Positions 50,915-63,294 of a stretch of 64,000 nucleotides of DNA are shown piece after piece. Under the pieces are notes generated by a model. The model did no database searches. It was given only the letters and a program-made list of their open reading frames with translations, and was not told the origin of the DNA. The position numbers and the translations under genes are program-made. Source of the DNA: Octopus sinensis (Eukaryota); contig NC_043000.1 of NCBI RefSeq assembly GCF_006345805.1, positions 24,366,001 through 24,430,000 on the forward strand. The letters are read 5' to 3'. Numbering within the stretch: the first letter of the stretch is position 1; the number at the start of each line of letters is the position of its first letter.

Positions 50915-51360
50915 ATATTCCTTTATTTTTTTATTTCAGTCATTTGACTGTGGCCATGCTGGAGCACCACCTTTTAGTTGAGCAAATCGACCCCAGGTCT
51001 TATTCTTTGTAAGTCTAGTACTTATTCTATCGGTCTCTTTTGCCAAACCGCAAAGTTACGGGTACGTAAACACACCAGCATCAGATGTCAAGCGATGTGG
51101 AGGACAAACACACACACAAACATATACACACACATACATTATACATATATATTATATATATATATATATATAATATATATATATACACACACATATATAC
51201 GACAGGCTTCTTTCAGTTCCATCTACCAAATCCAATCACAAGGCTTTGGTCTGCCTGAGACTATAGTAGAAGACACTTGCCCAAGGTGCCATGCAGTGGG
51301 ACTGAACCCAGAACCATATGGTTGGCAAGCAAGCTACTTACCACACAGCCACTCCTGCTT
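50915..51360 (-). mobile_element. Full-length SINE family A with expanded (TA)n linker
   Basis: tttcagtcatttgactgtggccatgctggagcacc...gtgggactgaacccagaacc...ccacacagccactcctgc. Confidence 0.9.
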
Positions 51361-52014
51361 CTATATATATGTACATGTATATATAATTTTACATGGCAAG
51401 ATTACTAGTTATTTCAAAGTTTTGCCTTACAGTTAGTCATACACAAAATGAAACTCATTGACTTCCCCACAACAAATCTTGCTAAAAATAGTAACCAAAA
51501 TCCTTTCAAATTACACTATACCATTTTCAACAATGAAAGAGACACCAGGTAATTTAGTCTTCAAAAATAAAAATAAGGCGGAATCAACAAGACTGGAAAG
51601 TTTTTGGTTGTAGGCTTGCTTAATCAGAGATGGCCTGGGGCCAAAAATCAATAACAATGACACATTGCTATGAAACTAGATGTTACATCAAAAGATATAT
51701 ATAAAAAAAAAAGGTTAATTCAGTCTCATTGAAAGGAAGCCTAAAGTTACACAAGACCTTCCTGGAAGCTTATTTACAAATATGACCATTGAGTTAGTCA
51801 GAATTCCAAATATATCTGAAGAATGGAATGACTCACAGAAATATGTAGAAAGCAACAGTTTAAGCAAAGAAATAGAATGAAATCTCCAAAGCTAAATCAC
51901 ATATTTTTAGAAATATTTGTTTTGCCAATGTAGATCTTCAGTACTTTCTTTCCATTTTAGTTCTATTTTTATCGCTCCCTGCATCTTCAGACTGTGAAAG
52001 TGTATGGCCTGATA

Positions 52015-52325
52015 CTATTTTATATTTTTGAGATGAGGAATTAACATTATTTACAATAGAGGGATAGGTGTCCTAACCTTACTTGTTCTTACCACAATGT
52101 TTCAGCTGATGTACTCTCCAGCCTTCATCAGGTGTCCTGGTGGAATTTCGAACCCAACCCTTTATTTGACTAATGGGGTACTCTGTTCTCATTCCTAAGG
52201 TACTCTTTTTTGCTGATGTTAGTTTTTCTGTTGATATTATTTCCCCAGTCCCTACCTGGGACTGAACTCAGAATCCGAGAGTTAGTATCCCGTGCTCTTA
52301 TCCACTATACTATATACCCATAGGC
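52015..52325 (-). mobile_element. tRNA-headed short element carrying a minimal hammerhead-like motif
   Basis: Minus strand: gggtatatagtatagtgg (A-box-like), gagttcagtcc (B-box-like), then cac-CTGATGA-ag-gctg-gagagtacat-cagc-t-GAAA-cat-t-gtg at 52134-52093. Confidence 0.6.
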
Positions 52326-52674
52326 AATTCTAGAATGAATTTGAAATGATTAAGGGTGCTGCACTTACAATTGTAAGATCACGGTTTCAATTCCTGTACA
52401 GGATGGTGCCTTGTGTTCTTGAGCAGAAATACTTTCTTTCACATTGCCCCAGTCCACTCGGCTGTAAAACAGTAACCCTGTGATGGACAGGGGTCCTGTT
52501 CATGAGGAATATGATCTCAGTCATTTATATGCCATGGAAACCAAGTATCCAGTTCCATCAGCCTAAGGACCCAATACAGTACTTACTTTTATTCTTCGAT
52601 TGACTTAGGCAGTCTAACTAAAACCATTCCACATTTACTAATTCCAACAAAGTAAATAAAAAAACTCCCCACAG

Positions 52675-53250
52675 GAGCAGGTACAGCCAAGTGGTTACCA
52701 AACTTACTTTGTAACCATGTGGTTTTGGGTTCAGTTCCACTACACAGCACTTTGGGCAAATGTCTGCTACTATAACCACAGGCCAACCAATGCCTTGCTA
52801 AATGGACCAAAATTCTGTGGAAACCTGTCACATATATTCCTTTCTATTCTAGGCACAAGGCCTGGAATTTTGGGGGAGGGGGCCAGTTGATTAGATCGAT
52901 CCCAGTATGCAACTGGTACATAATTTATTGACCCTGAAAGGATGAAAGACAAAGGTCAACCTCGACAGAACTTGAACTCAGAATGTAAAAACAGACAAAA
53001 TATCGCTAAGCATTTCACCTGGCGTGCTAACGTTTCTGCCAGATCGCCGCCTTACCTGTCACATGCATGTGTGTGCTTGTGTTTGTCCCCTCACACCACT
53101 CAACAACCAGTGTCAGTTTGTTTGCATCCCTGTAACTTAGTAGTTTGACAAAAGAGACGAATAAATACCAGACTTAAAAATAAGTACTGGAGTAAATTTG
53201 TTTGATTAAACTCTTCGAGGTGATACCCCAGCATGGCCACAGTCCAATGG
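52675..53250 (+). mobile_element. Old SINE family A interrupted by a family B insertion
   Basis: Head and core 52675-52825; 3' domain resumes at about 53065. Confidence 0.75.
52834..53053 (-). mobile_element. SINE family B (tail type 2) with 11-bp target duplication
   Basis: acctgtcacat at 52823-52833 and 53054-53064. Confidence 0.88.
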
Positions 53251-54059
53251 CTGAAATGATTGAAATATAAAAGAAACCATACCACTAGGTCTCACCATTC
53301 CATTTATATAAAAACAATACTGGATTGACTCATGACAATATTGTCATTTCCTACATCTAGGTATATCAAGGTATACATTGTGCAATGTGCTTTTCCTTTC
53401 TTACCAAGATAGCATGTGACTGAAGGAAGATTTGGCTGCTGTCTGGAATTGGTTGAGCAAACACACAAAGGCTTTCATGTTGGCTCAGATTTTGATAAGT
53501 AGATCCGCTACGTTAAATAATCATCATAATTAAGTATGTAAAATATGTAAAAAAACAAAATGCATAAAAACAATGGCTGCACAGGGGTCTTAGTAATAAC
53601 AACAACAACAATATCACAAAGATCTTAACAGCGAGAAAAGAACAACAATAACAATGGGTTCCTGTTTCAATCTGTAAGTAAGACATTTGATATAATTCAT
53701 TGAAATATGGAACCTGAAGATGATAAGGGTTGCCAGCAGTTGAGCTTGCAAGATACGAAACTAAATTGAGTAAAGCAGCAGTTCCAAAGACAATATCCAA
53801 CTACCAACAAACTCACTGAATGCAGATAGATACTAACAAGATTGGATACAAGAACTCCCTTGAATCCTAAACCAATATTTTGATTGCATGATAAATTGTG
53901 ATAGCAAAGGAGAAGAAGGAAAAGGAGAAAGAGAAAGCTCATCCATCTTACACCAATGTTTATTATTTTTCGGTTTTGAAGCAAGCAGTATGATATTCCG
54001 TAATAGAATCCACATCACCGTATTACACAACTGTGCATGAAAGACAAATAAAACAAATA

Positions 54060-54240
54060 CAATATATATATATATACATATACACACATACATATATATA
54101 TATATACATACATACATGTATATATATATATATATTATATATATATATAATATATATATATACACACATATACATAGATACATGTATATATATATATATA
54201 TACACACATATACATAGATACATGTATATAGATATATATA

Positions 54241-54272
<32 letters not shown>

Positions 54273-54312
54273 TCATACACATATTTACACACATACACAT
54301 ATGTATATATAA
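54060..54312. repeat. (TA)/(CA) compound microsatellite with an internal duplication
   Basis: acacacatatacatagatacatgtata occurs twice. Confidence 0.9.
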
Positions 54313-54734
54313 AAACTGTCTTTGTTTTAAATATTCACATCGAAATTTGTTGTTGATTTGATACTTCTATTTAAGAAAAAAAAAGCGAAGAAAAAAAACG
54401 AGAAAGAAACAGTACCTCTGCAATTCCATTGCCAATAGCCCCATGTGGAGAATATATTTTTCTTTCTGATAAAAGCTTGTAATGACATGCAAGTTTTAGG
54501 GTAAGATTATCACAGATAAAGACAATCACTTAGAAAACATGTCGGCAACTGATAAACTTCTCATAAATACCTTCAATGTGCATAAAAACTTTCGCATAAA
54601 ACAAAATACGACGAGGGAAAGAAAAAAAAGGAAAGCGACTTCAATTTTGCCATTTAAATTATGAGGCAGATTGAGATTGTGAGAAATTAGCAAATATAAT
54701 CAGAAATTAACAAATCAGTGTGATAAATCAAAAT

Positions 54735-54749
54735 CAAATAATAATAATG

Positions 54750-54781
<32 letters not shown>

Positions 54782-55282
54782 CTTTTCTACTGTAAGCACA
54801 AGGCCTGAAATTTGGAGGAAGGGGACTAGTTGATAACATCGACCTCAGTACTCAACTGGTACTTATTTTATTGATTCTGAAAAGAATGAAGGGCTAAGTC
54901 AGCCCTGGTGGCATTTAAGCTGCGAACATAAAGAGTCAGACGAAACACAGCTAAGCATTTTTTCTACTAGAACACCATTTTAATAATAATAATAACAATG
55001 ATGATGATACTAATAATACTAATACTAATAATAATAATAATAATAATAATAATCCTTTCTATTATAGGCACAAGGCCTGAAATTTTGGAGGAGGTGACTA
55101 GTTGATTTCATTGATCCCAGTGTTTCACTGATACTTAATTTATTGACCCCGAAAAGATGAAAGGCAAAGTCAACCTTGGCAGAATTTGAACTGAGAACGT
55201 AAAGATGGGTGAAATGCCACTAAGCATTTTAATAATAATAATAAGAAGAAGAATAATAATGATGATGATGATGATGATGATG
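54735..55282 (-). mobile_element. (AAT)n - SINE B - (AAT)n - SINE B - (AAT/GAT)n stack
   Basis: Both copies start directly after aataataataatc(c/t)tttctac on the plus strand. Confidence 0.85.
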
Positions 55283-55771
55283 TGTGTTAGTTTAGATTTG
55301 GCAGAGGGTCAGTGCTGCAATTAGAAGAGCTCGTGGTTGATTGAACTGACTTTAGAAAAGTAAAAAATAGTTGGGTGAAGATTGGAATCAGAACTGTGAC
55401 ATACCAAAATAGAAACTAAATCTCCATTGCTTCACCCAACACCATTACTCTTTTTACACACCACTACACAATCACTGACGTTAAGTCACCAAAGACTAGG
55501 TCTTTGCATGCATTTATACAGTGTGTAATGCCAATAATATTACTTAACGCATTCCAGACCTTCCTATATTTAGCCGTTCCCCTTCTCCTTAAAAACAGAA
55601 TGAAAGGCTCAGATTGCTCGGGAATAAATAGAGTTTTTGTTCCAAGAACAGAATTCGAGGGAGAAATATCTATTCTTATCACCCATATGTATATATGGGT
55701 GTGTAGGAATATGTGTGTGAGTATATATTATTATACATATATTCTTTATTTGTTTCAGTTATTAGACTAAA

Positions 55772-56128
55772 GGTGCAGGAGTGGCTGTGTGGTAAGTAGC
55801 TTGCTTACCAACCACATGGTTCCGGGTTCATTCCCACTGTGTGGCACCTTGGGCAAGTGTCTTCTATAGCCTCGGGCCAACCAAAGCCTTGTGAGTGAAT
55901 TTGGTAGATGGAAACTGAAGGAAGCTCGTCATATATATGTATGTGTGTCTGTCCCCGCAACATCGCTTGACAACCGATGGTGGTGCGTTTACATCCCTAT
56001 AACTTAGTGGTTCAGCAATGGGAGACTGATAGAATAAGTACTAGGCTTACAGAGAATAAGTCCTCAGGTCGATTTGCTCAACTAAAGGTGGTGCTCCAGC
56101 ATGGGCGCAGTCAAATGACAGAAACACC
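55772..56128 (+). mobile_element. Full-length SINE family A
   Basis: gtgcaggagtggctgtgtggtaagtagcttgcttaccaaccacatggttccgggttc...ggtgctccagcatgggcgcagtcaaatgacagaaac. Confidence 0.9.
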
Positions 56129-56212
56129 TTGTGCTATATATATATGTATATAGATGTAACATGTTTCTATGGATATCAAATAGGACTCACAGACATTGGA
56201 GGCAGTGGGTAG

Positions 56213-56224
56213 CAATAATAATAA

Positions 56225-56255
<31 letters not shown>

Positions 56256-56694
56256 AATAATCCTTTCTACTGTAGGTAAAAGGTCTGAAATTTTGAGAAG
56301 AAGAGGCAAGTCGGTTGTATCAATCCCAGTACTCAACTGGTACTTATTTTATCGACTCTGAAAGGATGACTGGCAAAGCTGACCTAAGATGAATTTGAAC
56401 TCAGAACATAAGGGCAGATGAAGTGCTGCTAAGCATTTTGTCAGGCATGCTAACAATTCTGCCAGCTCCTCACCTTCTTAATAATAATAATAATCCTTTC
56501 TACTAAAGGCAAAAGGCCTGAAATTTGGGGGTGGTGTGGACTAGTTGATTACATCGAACCCAATGTTTCATCGACCCTGAAAGGATGAAAGGCAAAGTTG
56601 ACCTTGGTGGAATTTGAACTCAGAACGTAGTGGTAGATGAAATACCACTAAGCATTTCGCTCGGCATGCTAACAATTCTGCCAGCTCACTGCCC

Positions 56695-56733
<39 letters not shown>

Positions 56734-56742
56734 TGATGATGA
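56213..56742 (-). mobile_element. Second (AAT)n - SINE B - (AAT)n - SINE B - (AAT)n stack
   Basis: Same architecture as 54735. Confidence 0.85.
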
Positions 56743-57584
56743 TAACTGCATCCTTCTGTCCCACCTCCAAAAATTCCACCAGATATTCGAAGTTTGTTTT
56801 GAAGACAAATATCTGTAGAGAAATGTTTACTTTAAACCAACTAGATAAAAGAGAATGGTTTCACCAAGCTAAACATAGGCTTGCTGTTTATAGAACTGAC
56901 AAGGTTTTCAGCTATTCGTCAAAAACAATAGTGACCATTCATACTAAATATACAGCAACACTATTTTGGGTTACTCAGATAGATATCAGTACAGCCTCTC
57001 TCGCTTTCTCCACTCTAAAAAGTATTTATCAACATCTGAAATCTTTGTAGGTGTTAAGCTCATTAAACTTCACTGGATGAATAATATTCATTAAATTTGG
57101 AGGTGGAAGACTACTCGTTAGAAAAACAAAGTTCTAATAAAGTGGTAAGTAAATGAACCCTCATCAGCTTCAACAATGACTATTCTGGCTGTTCATTCAA
57201 TCAACCGGACTGTCTCTGCTCATTGAATCATAGCATATATGACTGAGTATTCCACAGACACTTGTACCCATCATGTAATCCTCAGACAACATGATACAGT
57301 GTGACAAAGTTGGCCCTTTAAATTACAGGTACCTACTATCAACTGAAGGGCTTCAATATAGTTTCCATCAACTCAATCTCATTCATGAGGCTTAAGGTGA
57401 ATCAGTGATGCAGTAAAAAAAAATGTTTGGTCCAAATGCCATGCAGTGGAATCGAACTCAGGGCTGTATGGGTGTTAAACAAACTTCTTAACTGCTCAGC
57501 CATCCTAATAACAGCAGGAAACATAGGTTACACTAAAAACATGATATAAAGCCAGGTACTTATTGCCTGTTTTTGCAGCTATAA

Positions 57585-58215
57585 GTGCATGTGTGTGCAT
57601 GTATGTGTGTGTGTGCATGCATGTGTGTGTTATGTATGTATTTGTGTGCATGTATATTTGTGCATGTGTGTGTATGTGTTAAGTATGTGTTTGTTCATCT
57701 GTCTTTACATATGCTAGTCAAGAGAAGACGAGCAGTACTCATAACCTTTGCAAAGAGCTTGGGTGCCTGTGAGTTTGTTAGTATCTGTGCGTATGTGTGT
57801 ACCTCACACAGGACATGGTATGCCTGTGTGTGTGTGTGTGTGTGCACGCATGTATAAATGTGTATATGTATCTATATAATGTGTGTGTGTAAGTGTGCAT
57901 GTCTCACTTGTATTCATATGTCTATGTGTATTTTAAAACGTGTCATAATGTGCGTCACAATATGTGCAACATATATGCGTGTGCTCTTGTGCATATATCC
58001 ATGTTTGTGCGTGTTTGCCTGGCTAGTGCATGTGTGTGTCTCTTTGAAAATGTGTATGTTAAATAAATATTTAATGTATGTTAAATAAATACGTGTTTGG
58101 TGTGAATAATAATTTGTGTATGAGCACACATGTATGTAAGTGTGTAAGTTTGGTAATTTATTAGTGCTGATGTAAGTGTATATGGACGTGTGTGTGTGTG
58201 TGTATGTGTGTGATT
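57585..58215. repeat. Degenerate (TG/TA)n low-complexity tract
   Basis: Direct reading. Confidence 0.85.
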
Positions 58216-58715
58216 GGAAAACACCCATAAAAATCAAATTACCAATTATGGAATAAATTTATTTTGAAATTGATTTTGTTTGAACTGCAGAGTCCAGGGA
58301 CAGGGTTGTTTATTTTTTCTTGTACTATTTTATTTTTGTTTTTCATGGCTTGATGGTAGTAATGATGTTGGTATTGATAGCGATGGTGGTGTAGTGGTGG
58401 TGATGGCAATGGTGACAGTGCAGGTAAGCGATGGGGTGGTGAAAAAGCTGATGGTAAAATAGCAGAGTGTTGACAGAAGTAGTAGTAGTTGTGATAATAC
58501 TGGTGACGGTAGTGCTGATTATATTGGTGATGATGATGATGGTAGGTGAGGTGGTGTCCAGAGTGGAACTGAATAGCAGTAGTTGTGTTGGTTTGAAGAA
58601 AGAAATGGTGGTGATCACATTCAGTTATTAATTCCCCAAAATACTTCAAAGTTAAAATGGTAAATTAGTGAAGATGGAGAGCTTCTTACAATATGGAAAA
58701 GAAAAAAATGTTTAA

Positions 58716-58935
58716 CCCTTTCATTACCAACCTGGCTGAAACCGGCTCTGACTCTGAGTACAAATGTCCTGTTTTCATAAGTTTTTAATTAAAATCTTCC
58801 ACCAAACCTTAGTCACAATTTATGTTCCTAACACTAGCTTAATGATAACTAACTTACTTTACTAAATTCTTTGTTATATTTAAAGTAATTGAAGGAAACA
58901 GAGAGCATCTCAAAATAAATACAGTAACGAAAGGG
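58716..58935 (+). mobile_element. piggyBac-type MITE, family P1
   Basis: ttaa|ccctttcattac...gtaacgaaaggg|ttaa. Confidence 0.9.
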
Positions 58936-59579
58936 TTAATAAGCTTTATATTTCAGGCACAAAACCCATCATCAGAAATGTGAGTCTATACAGTACTCGC
59001 TGATCAATATGGCTGATACTGTAGAAACTAAAATTTCTTTTGACTGTTTATTTCATATGATGGACCTTTGTGCCTGCAAAATATAAAAGTTATTAAGCAT
59101 TTTTATTTTCCTTGTTGTAAGAAACTCTCTACTATTTTCTGTCTCACAATGCTTCAAAGCAAGCTACAGTGCTCTCCGGCAAAGATGAGTTAACTTGTCT
59201 TCACCCAATTTGTCTTTTTCAGAGTGCAACGAGTAAACTTGTCCAAAACATATAATTTCTAAAAAAAAAAGCCACAGAAGAATTTATACATAATTTTTGG
59301 CATTTCTTGGTTTTTATCTGTTTTTTATTTTTTATTTTTTATTTTTTTACAAATTACGCCCAGATGTTGAGCTCAGAAGATGACAATGAGTATGAACCTT
59401 CTATTAGAAGCTTGGATACATCAGATGAGTGCATGCTCATCTGATAAAAAAAATTCATCTGAAAATGGAATGTCTTCTCCAAAAGAGGTTGCTGAGGAAG
59501 GGGTTAAGTCCATATTTACCAGAATCAAATAAACTGTAACTACTATATTGTAACGAATGTAGGTCACAGAACTATTTAA

Positions 59580-59799
59580 CTCTTTAGTATTTAAACTGGC
59601 CATATCTGACCCCAATATTCCACCAGTTTTATGCTCAAACCAGCCAGGTCTGGCTTTTCATACCTACCCTACAATGTCATTCTAAAAATAAACAATCATA
59701 TCATTGAAATCTAAAAGCTCTGAGATAATGCATGATTAATTCAAAACAATGCAAATTAATAGGTAATGCATTTGACAGAATAATCTGAATGCTAAATGG
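59580..59799 (+). mobile_element. piggyBac-type MITE, family P2 (220 bp)
   Basis: ttaa|ctctttagtattt...gaatgctaaatgg|ttaa; degenerate TIR. Confidence 0.75.
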
Positions 59800-60711
59800 T
59801 TAACCTATTCAGTCAGAATAGTTTAAGACAAATTATGATAAATATTAACAACGCAGAAACTGGCAATCACAGTAAAAGTGCTTTTTTTTTGTGAATTATG
59901 GTAAAGCCATTTTCAGGTTTTCAAAATTGGTTCCTTGTTCCACAAACACAACAATCCCAGATTCCCAAATCCATTTTTGTTTGTGTCATTTGAGAAATAA
60001 TGGAAGGTTTTTGACACCAAGTAAACAAATATAAAAGCTGAACTTAAACTTTTTTCTTTTTGTCTAGTCTTGGTTTTCACAAACACGTGACATTTTAATT
60101 CTAAAGGGAACTGTAGGGACACTTAAACAAATCAGTCACAGAAGCACAAACATAGATAATATTTATCTTGGGCTATTATGCTAACATAAGGGCCAACTTT
60201 TAACCCCTTTTTTTGCTTTCAAAAATTAATATACTATTTTAATATTAAAAAAAGTTCTATACTCAAATGAGCCAATACATTAATCATTTCTTTTAAAGAC
60301 ATGATATTTTTATTTAATCATTACACACACACACACACACATGCATGCATGCACACACACAATCATTTTTACAACGAAAATGTTGACACGGACTTCAAAC
60401 TTTCAGCTTGCTTGCTTTTAGCAGACTGCTTGATGAAGACAAACAAGCTGAAATCTTGAAGTTACTATCAACCTTTTCCTTGTTTAAACACACACACACA
60501 CATGTAGGAATAATGTCATAATTGATGCCGAGGAGTCATTAAATGTCAGTAAAAAATAAACGAAGAATTATTATCATAAAATGTATAAAGTGTGAACCTG
60601 TGTGAGCACTGCTGAATAATGGTAGGTAGTAAACAACCTTGATGGATCTATATATGGTTTGACATGTTATATAAATATAAAGTTTTTCAGTGTTGACTCC
60701 GTGACCCATTA

Positions 60712-60962
60712 ACCCTTCTGAAATCAATCCATCTAAGACCAATTCTGGTTCCATAACTGAAGGGTTCTCCTTTTACAATGTTCATATCTAAATTAAAACC
60801 TTCCATCAATTTTTTTTTATGTTTGAACACTTTCATTATTATATTTCAACCACAACTTAATGAAAAAGTTAATTGTTTTACTTAAATCCCTTTGAATACT
60901 TGATTAATTTTTAAAATTAATTACAACATATATTTCATTAGAAATATGATCGCGAAAGGGTT
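60712..60962 (+). mobile_element. Probable further piggyBac-type MITE, degraded P1 relative
   Basis: ttaa|cccttctgaaatc...taaattaaaaccttccatcaa...atatgatcgcgaaaggg|ttta. Confidence 0.55.
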
Positions 60963-61446
60963 TAGGGATATAAAATTTCTTTGCTTCCCTTTCTCATACG
61001 CAAATACATACCATTTGATATGTGGATTAACAGTAGAAATCCTTCAGTTAATAAAGGGGCTTCTATACAGTTAATTGACTTCCTAGAAATAGCAGCCAAA
61101 TTACTCTTGGATCAGCTCCCATGTCTTAAAGGAAGGACACTTTGAATAATGTAGTTCTATATATTAGGTAAGAAAAAAGACACTATGGCCATAGTGGAGC
61201 ACTTTTGCTCATGTTTACTCAATCAGTGTTGACTTGAAGCAAAACAATGACAACACAGTCATCTTCAGACTACTCGTCAAACCCCTCCTTTACAAACATA
61301 ATGACTTCAATGTCCATTCAGTACTTCATTACTGTGAATCTTTGCATTAATTAATAAACATGTGACAAAATAAGTCAAGATAGAAATTATTTTATCAAAA
61401 TTCAACTAGGTTTCTTGGTTCAGTTAAAACAAAATTAACAAACATA

Positions 61447-61880
61447 GGTGGAGGCATGGCTGTGTGGTAAGGACTTTGCATGTTAACCACATGGTTCTAG
61501 GTTCAGTCTCACTGTGTGGCACCCTGGGCAAGTATCTTCTACTATAGCTTTGGGCCAACCAAAGCTTTGTGAGTGGATTCAGGAAAAGGAAACTGAAAGA
61601 AGCTGGTCTTCTGTGTGCGCGTGAGAGAAATTTTGTGTTTGTGTTTGTCCCCCACCATCACTTGACAAATGGTACTGGTCTGTTTACATTGTTGTAACTT
61701 AGTAGTTCAGCAAAAGAGACCGACAGAATAAGTACGAGGCTTAGCAAAAGATATATATATATATATATATATATATAATACTAGGGTTGAGTCATTCAAC
61801 TAAAAATTCAAGGCAGGTAGGTGCTCCAGCATGGCCGTAGTCTAATGACTGACTGACTGACTGAAACAAATAAAAGATAA
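61447..61880 (+). mobile_element. Full-length SINE family A, diverged
   Basis: ggtggaggcatggctgtgtggtaag...gtgctccagcatggccgtagtc...(gact)n gaaacaaataaaagataaaa. Confidence 0.85.
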
Positions 61881-62365
61881 AACGAACACTTTTTTTCTTC
61901 ATCATATGTCACACCTTTTGCTGAAAGTGATGAAGATAATGAAGAAACGGCATCTGCAGCTTAAGCTTTATTGCAGCTTTTCTTAAAAATGAACAAAGGC
62001 ATTGCTCAACAGTCCTACAAGAGCCATAACGTATTCTTAGGAGAATGGACATGTGCATGTGTGTGTGCATGCACTACGTTTTATTCACTACAAGCTAGCC
62101 ACTCAGTATTCTATAGAAAGCCATGTTTTCACCAGATGCAAAAAAAAAAAAAAAAAAAAGCCTTGATAGTTTTAGAACTGGCATCAGAAGGAAAGAAAAG
62201 GACTGCATAAAATTATATGGACAACTGTGTAATTTTACACCTGTTTTGTTTTCTATCATTGCTTTTACTGTTTACATGCTTCTATTTATATAACCCCCAC
62301 ATTGTATTGTCCTGTACCGTTCCCAAAGTCTTTTTTTGTGAACCCTTAGTGATAAATAAATAAAG

Positions 62366-62403
<38 letters not shown>

Positions 62404-63294
62404 CCTTGTCCCTGTTTGAAAAGGATTTATTCATTCATCAACGTTAGTGCCACTCTATTCTTCTCTACATGTTTCGCCCAGGAACCAAATGCACCACCCT
62501 TTAACAGTTAAAAAGAAACCAACCAACTTTTGTTCAAAAAACCATTGATTTATATTTAGGTGGTGTTCTAGAATGGCTTTCACTAATTTTTCCCATCGGA
62601 TTTATAAATGTTTTTTAACTACATGAAGGGAAGAGAGCAAACTCCTCACATGGGGATGAAATTTGAACCCACCCACTGAAAGTCAATAAAACCTTTCTAG
62701 CTATCTTAACAAAAGGACAACAACCACAACAAACCTAAACACTACGTTTGTCAATCAAAACCAAAGTATTTACACCTGGTTGCATAGACATGCACCTGGT
62801 TGCACACACATGCACAATATACAGCCTGCCTTTTGCATAGAGATCTATAAATCCTTGTTGTCAAAAGAGATAGAAACTCTAACTTCCATCCATTTCTTAC
62901 TCCAACTACAAAGTTCTGACAACAAAACCCCATCTTTTATCTTTTACTTGTTTCAGTCACTGGACTGTGGCCATGCTGGAGTACTACCTCGAAGGGTTTA
63001 ACTTTGCAACAGACTAGCCTGATCAGGGGTAATGTTGGCCTGCTTGCCTAGCCAGTCCAGTGGCATCATACGAAAGCTGAAACAATGCAAAGTGCATCAT
63101 GACCAGTGATGTATAACAACATTTGATAGTCTGGTCAATCATGATATATATATATATATATGCTTTATTTAAAGCAGCAGAATTTTCTGCTGCTTTAAAT
63201 AAAGCATTTTACTCTACCACTGGTATTTGAGTACTCTTTTTTTCCACCTTGTTTCACATTTATGTGTTTACACCGGCATATATATATATATATA

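Noticed and set aside
59364-59507. Acidic peptide MLSSEDDNEYEPSIRSLDTSDEC and a gggg|ttaa end suggesting a piggyBac transposase relic
   Set aside because: Only 26 codons before stops, no catalytic motif and no matching left TIR found.
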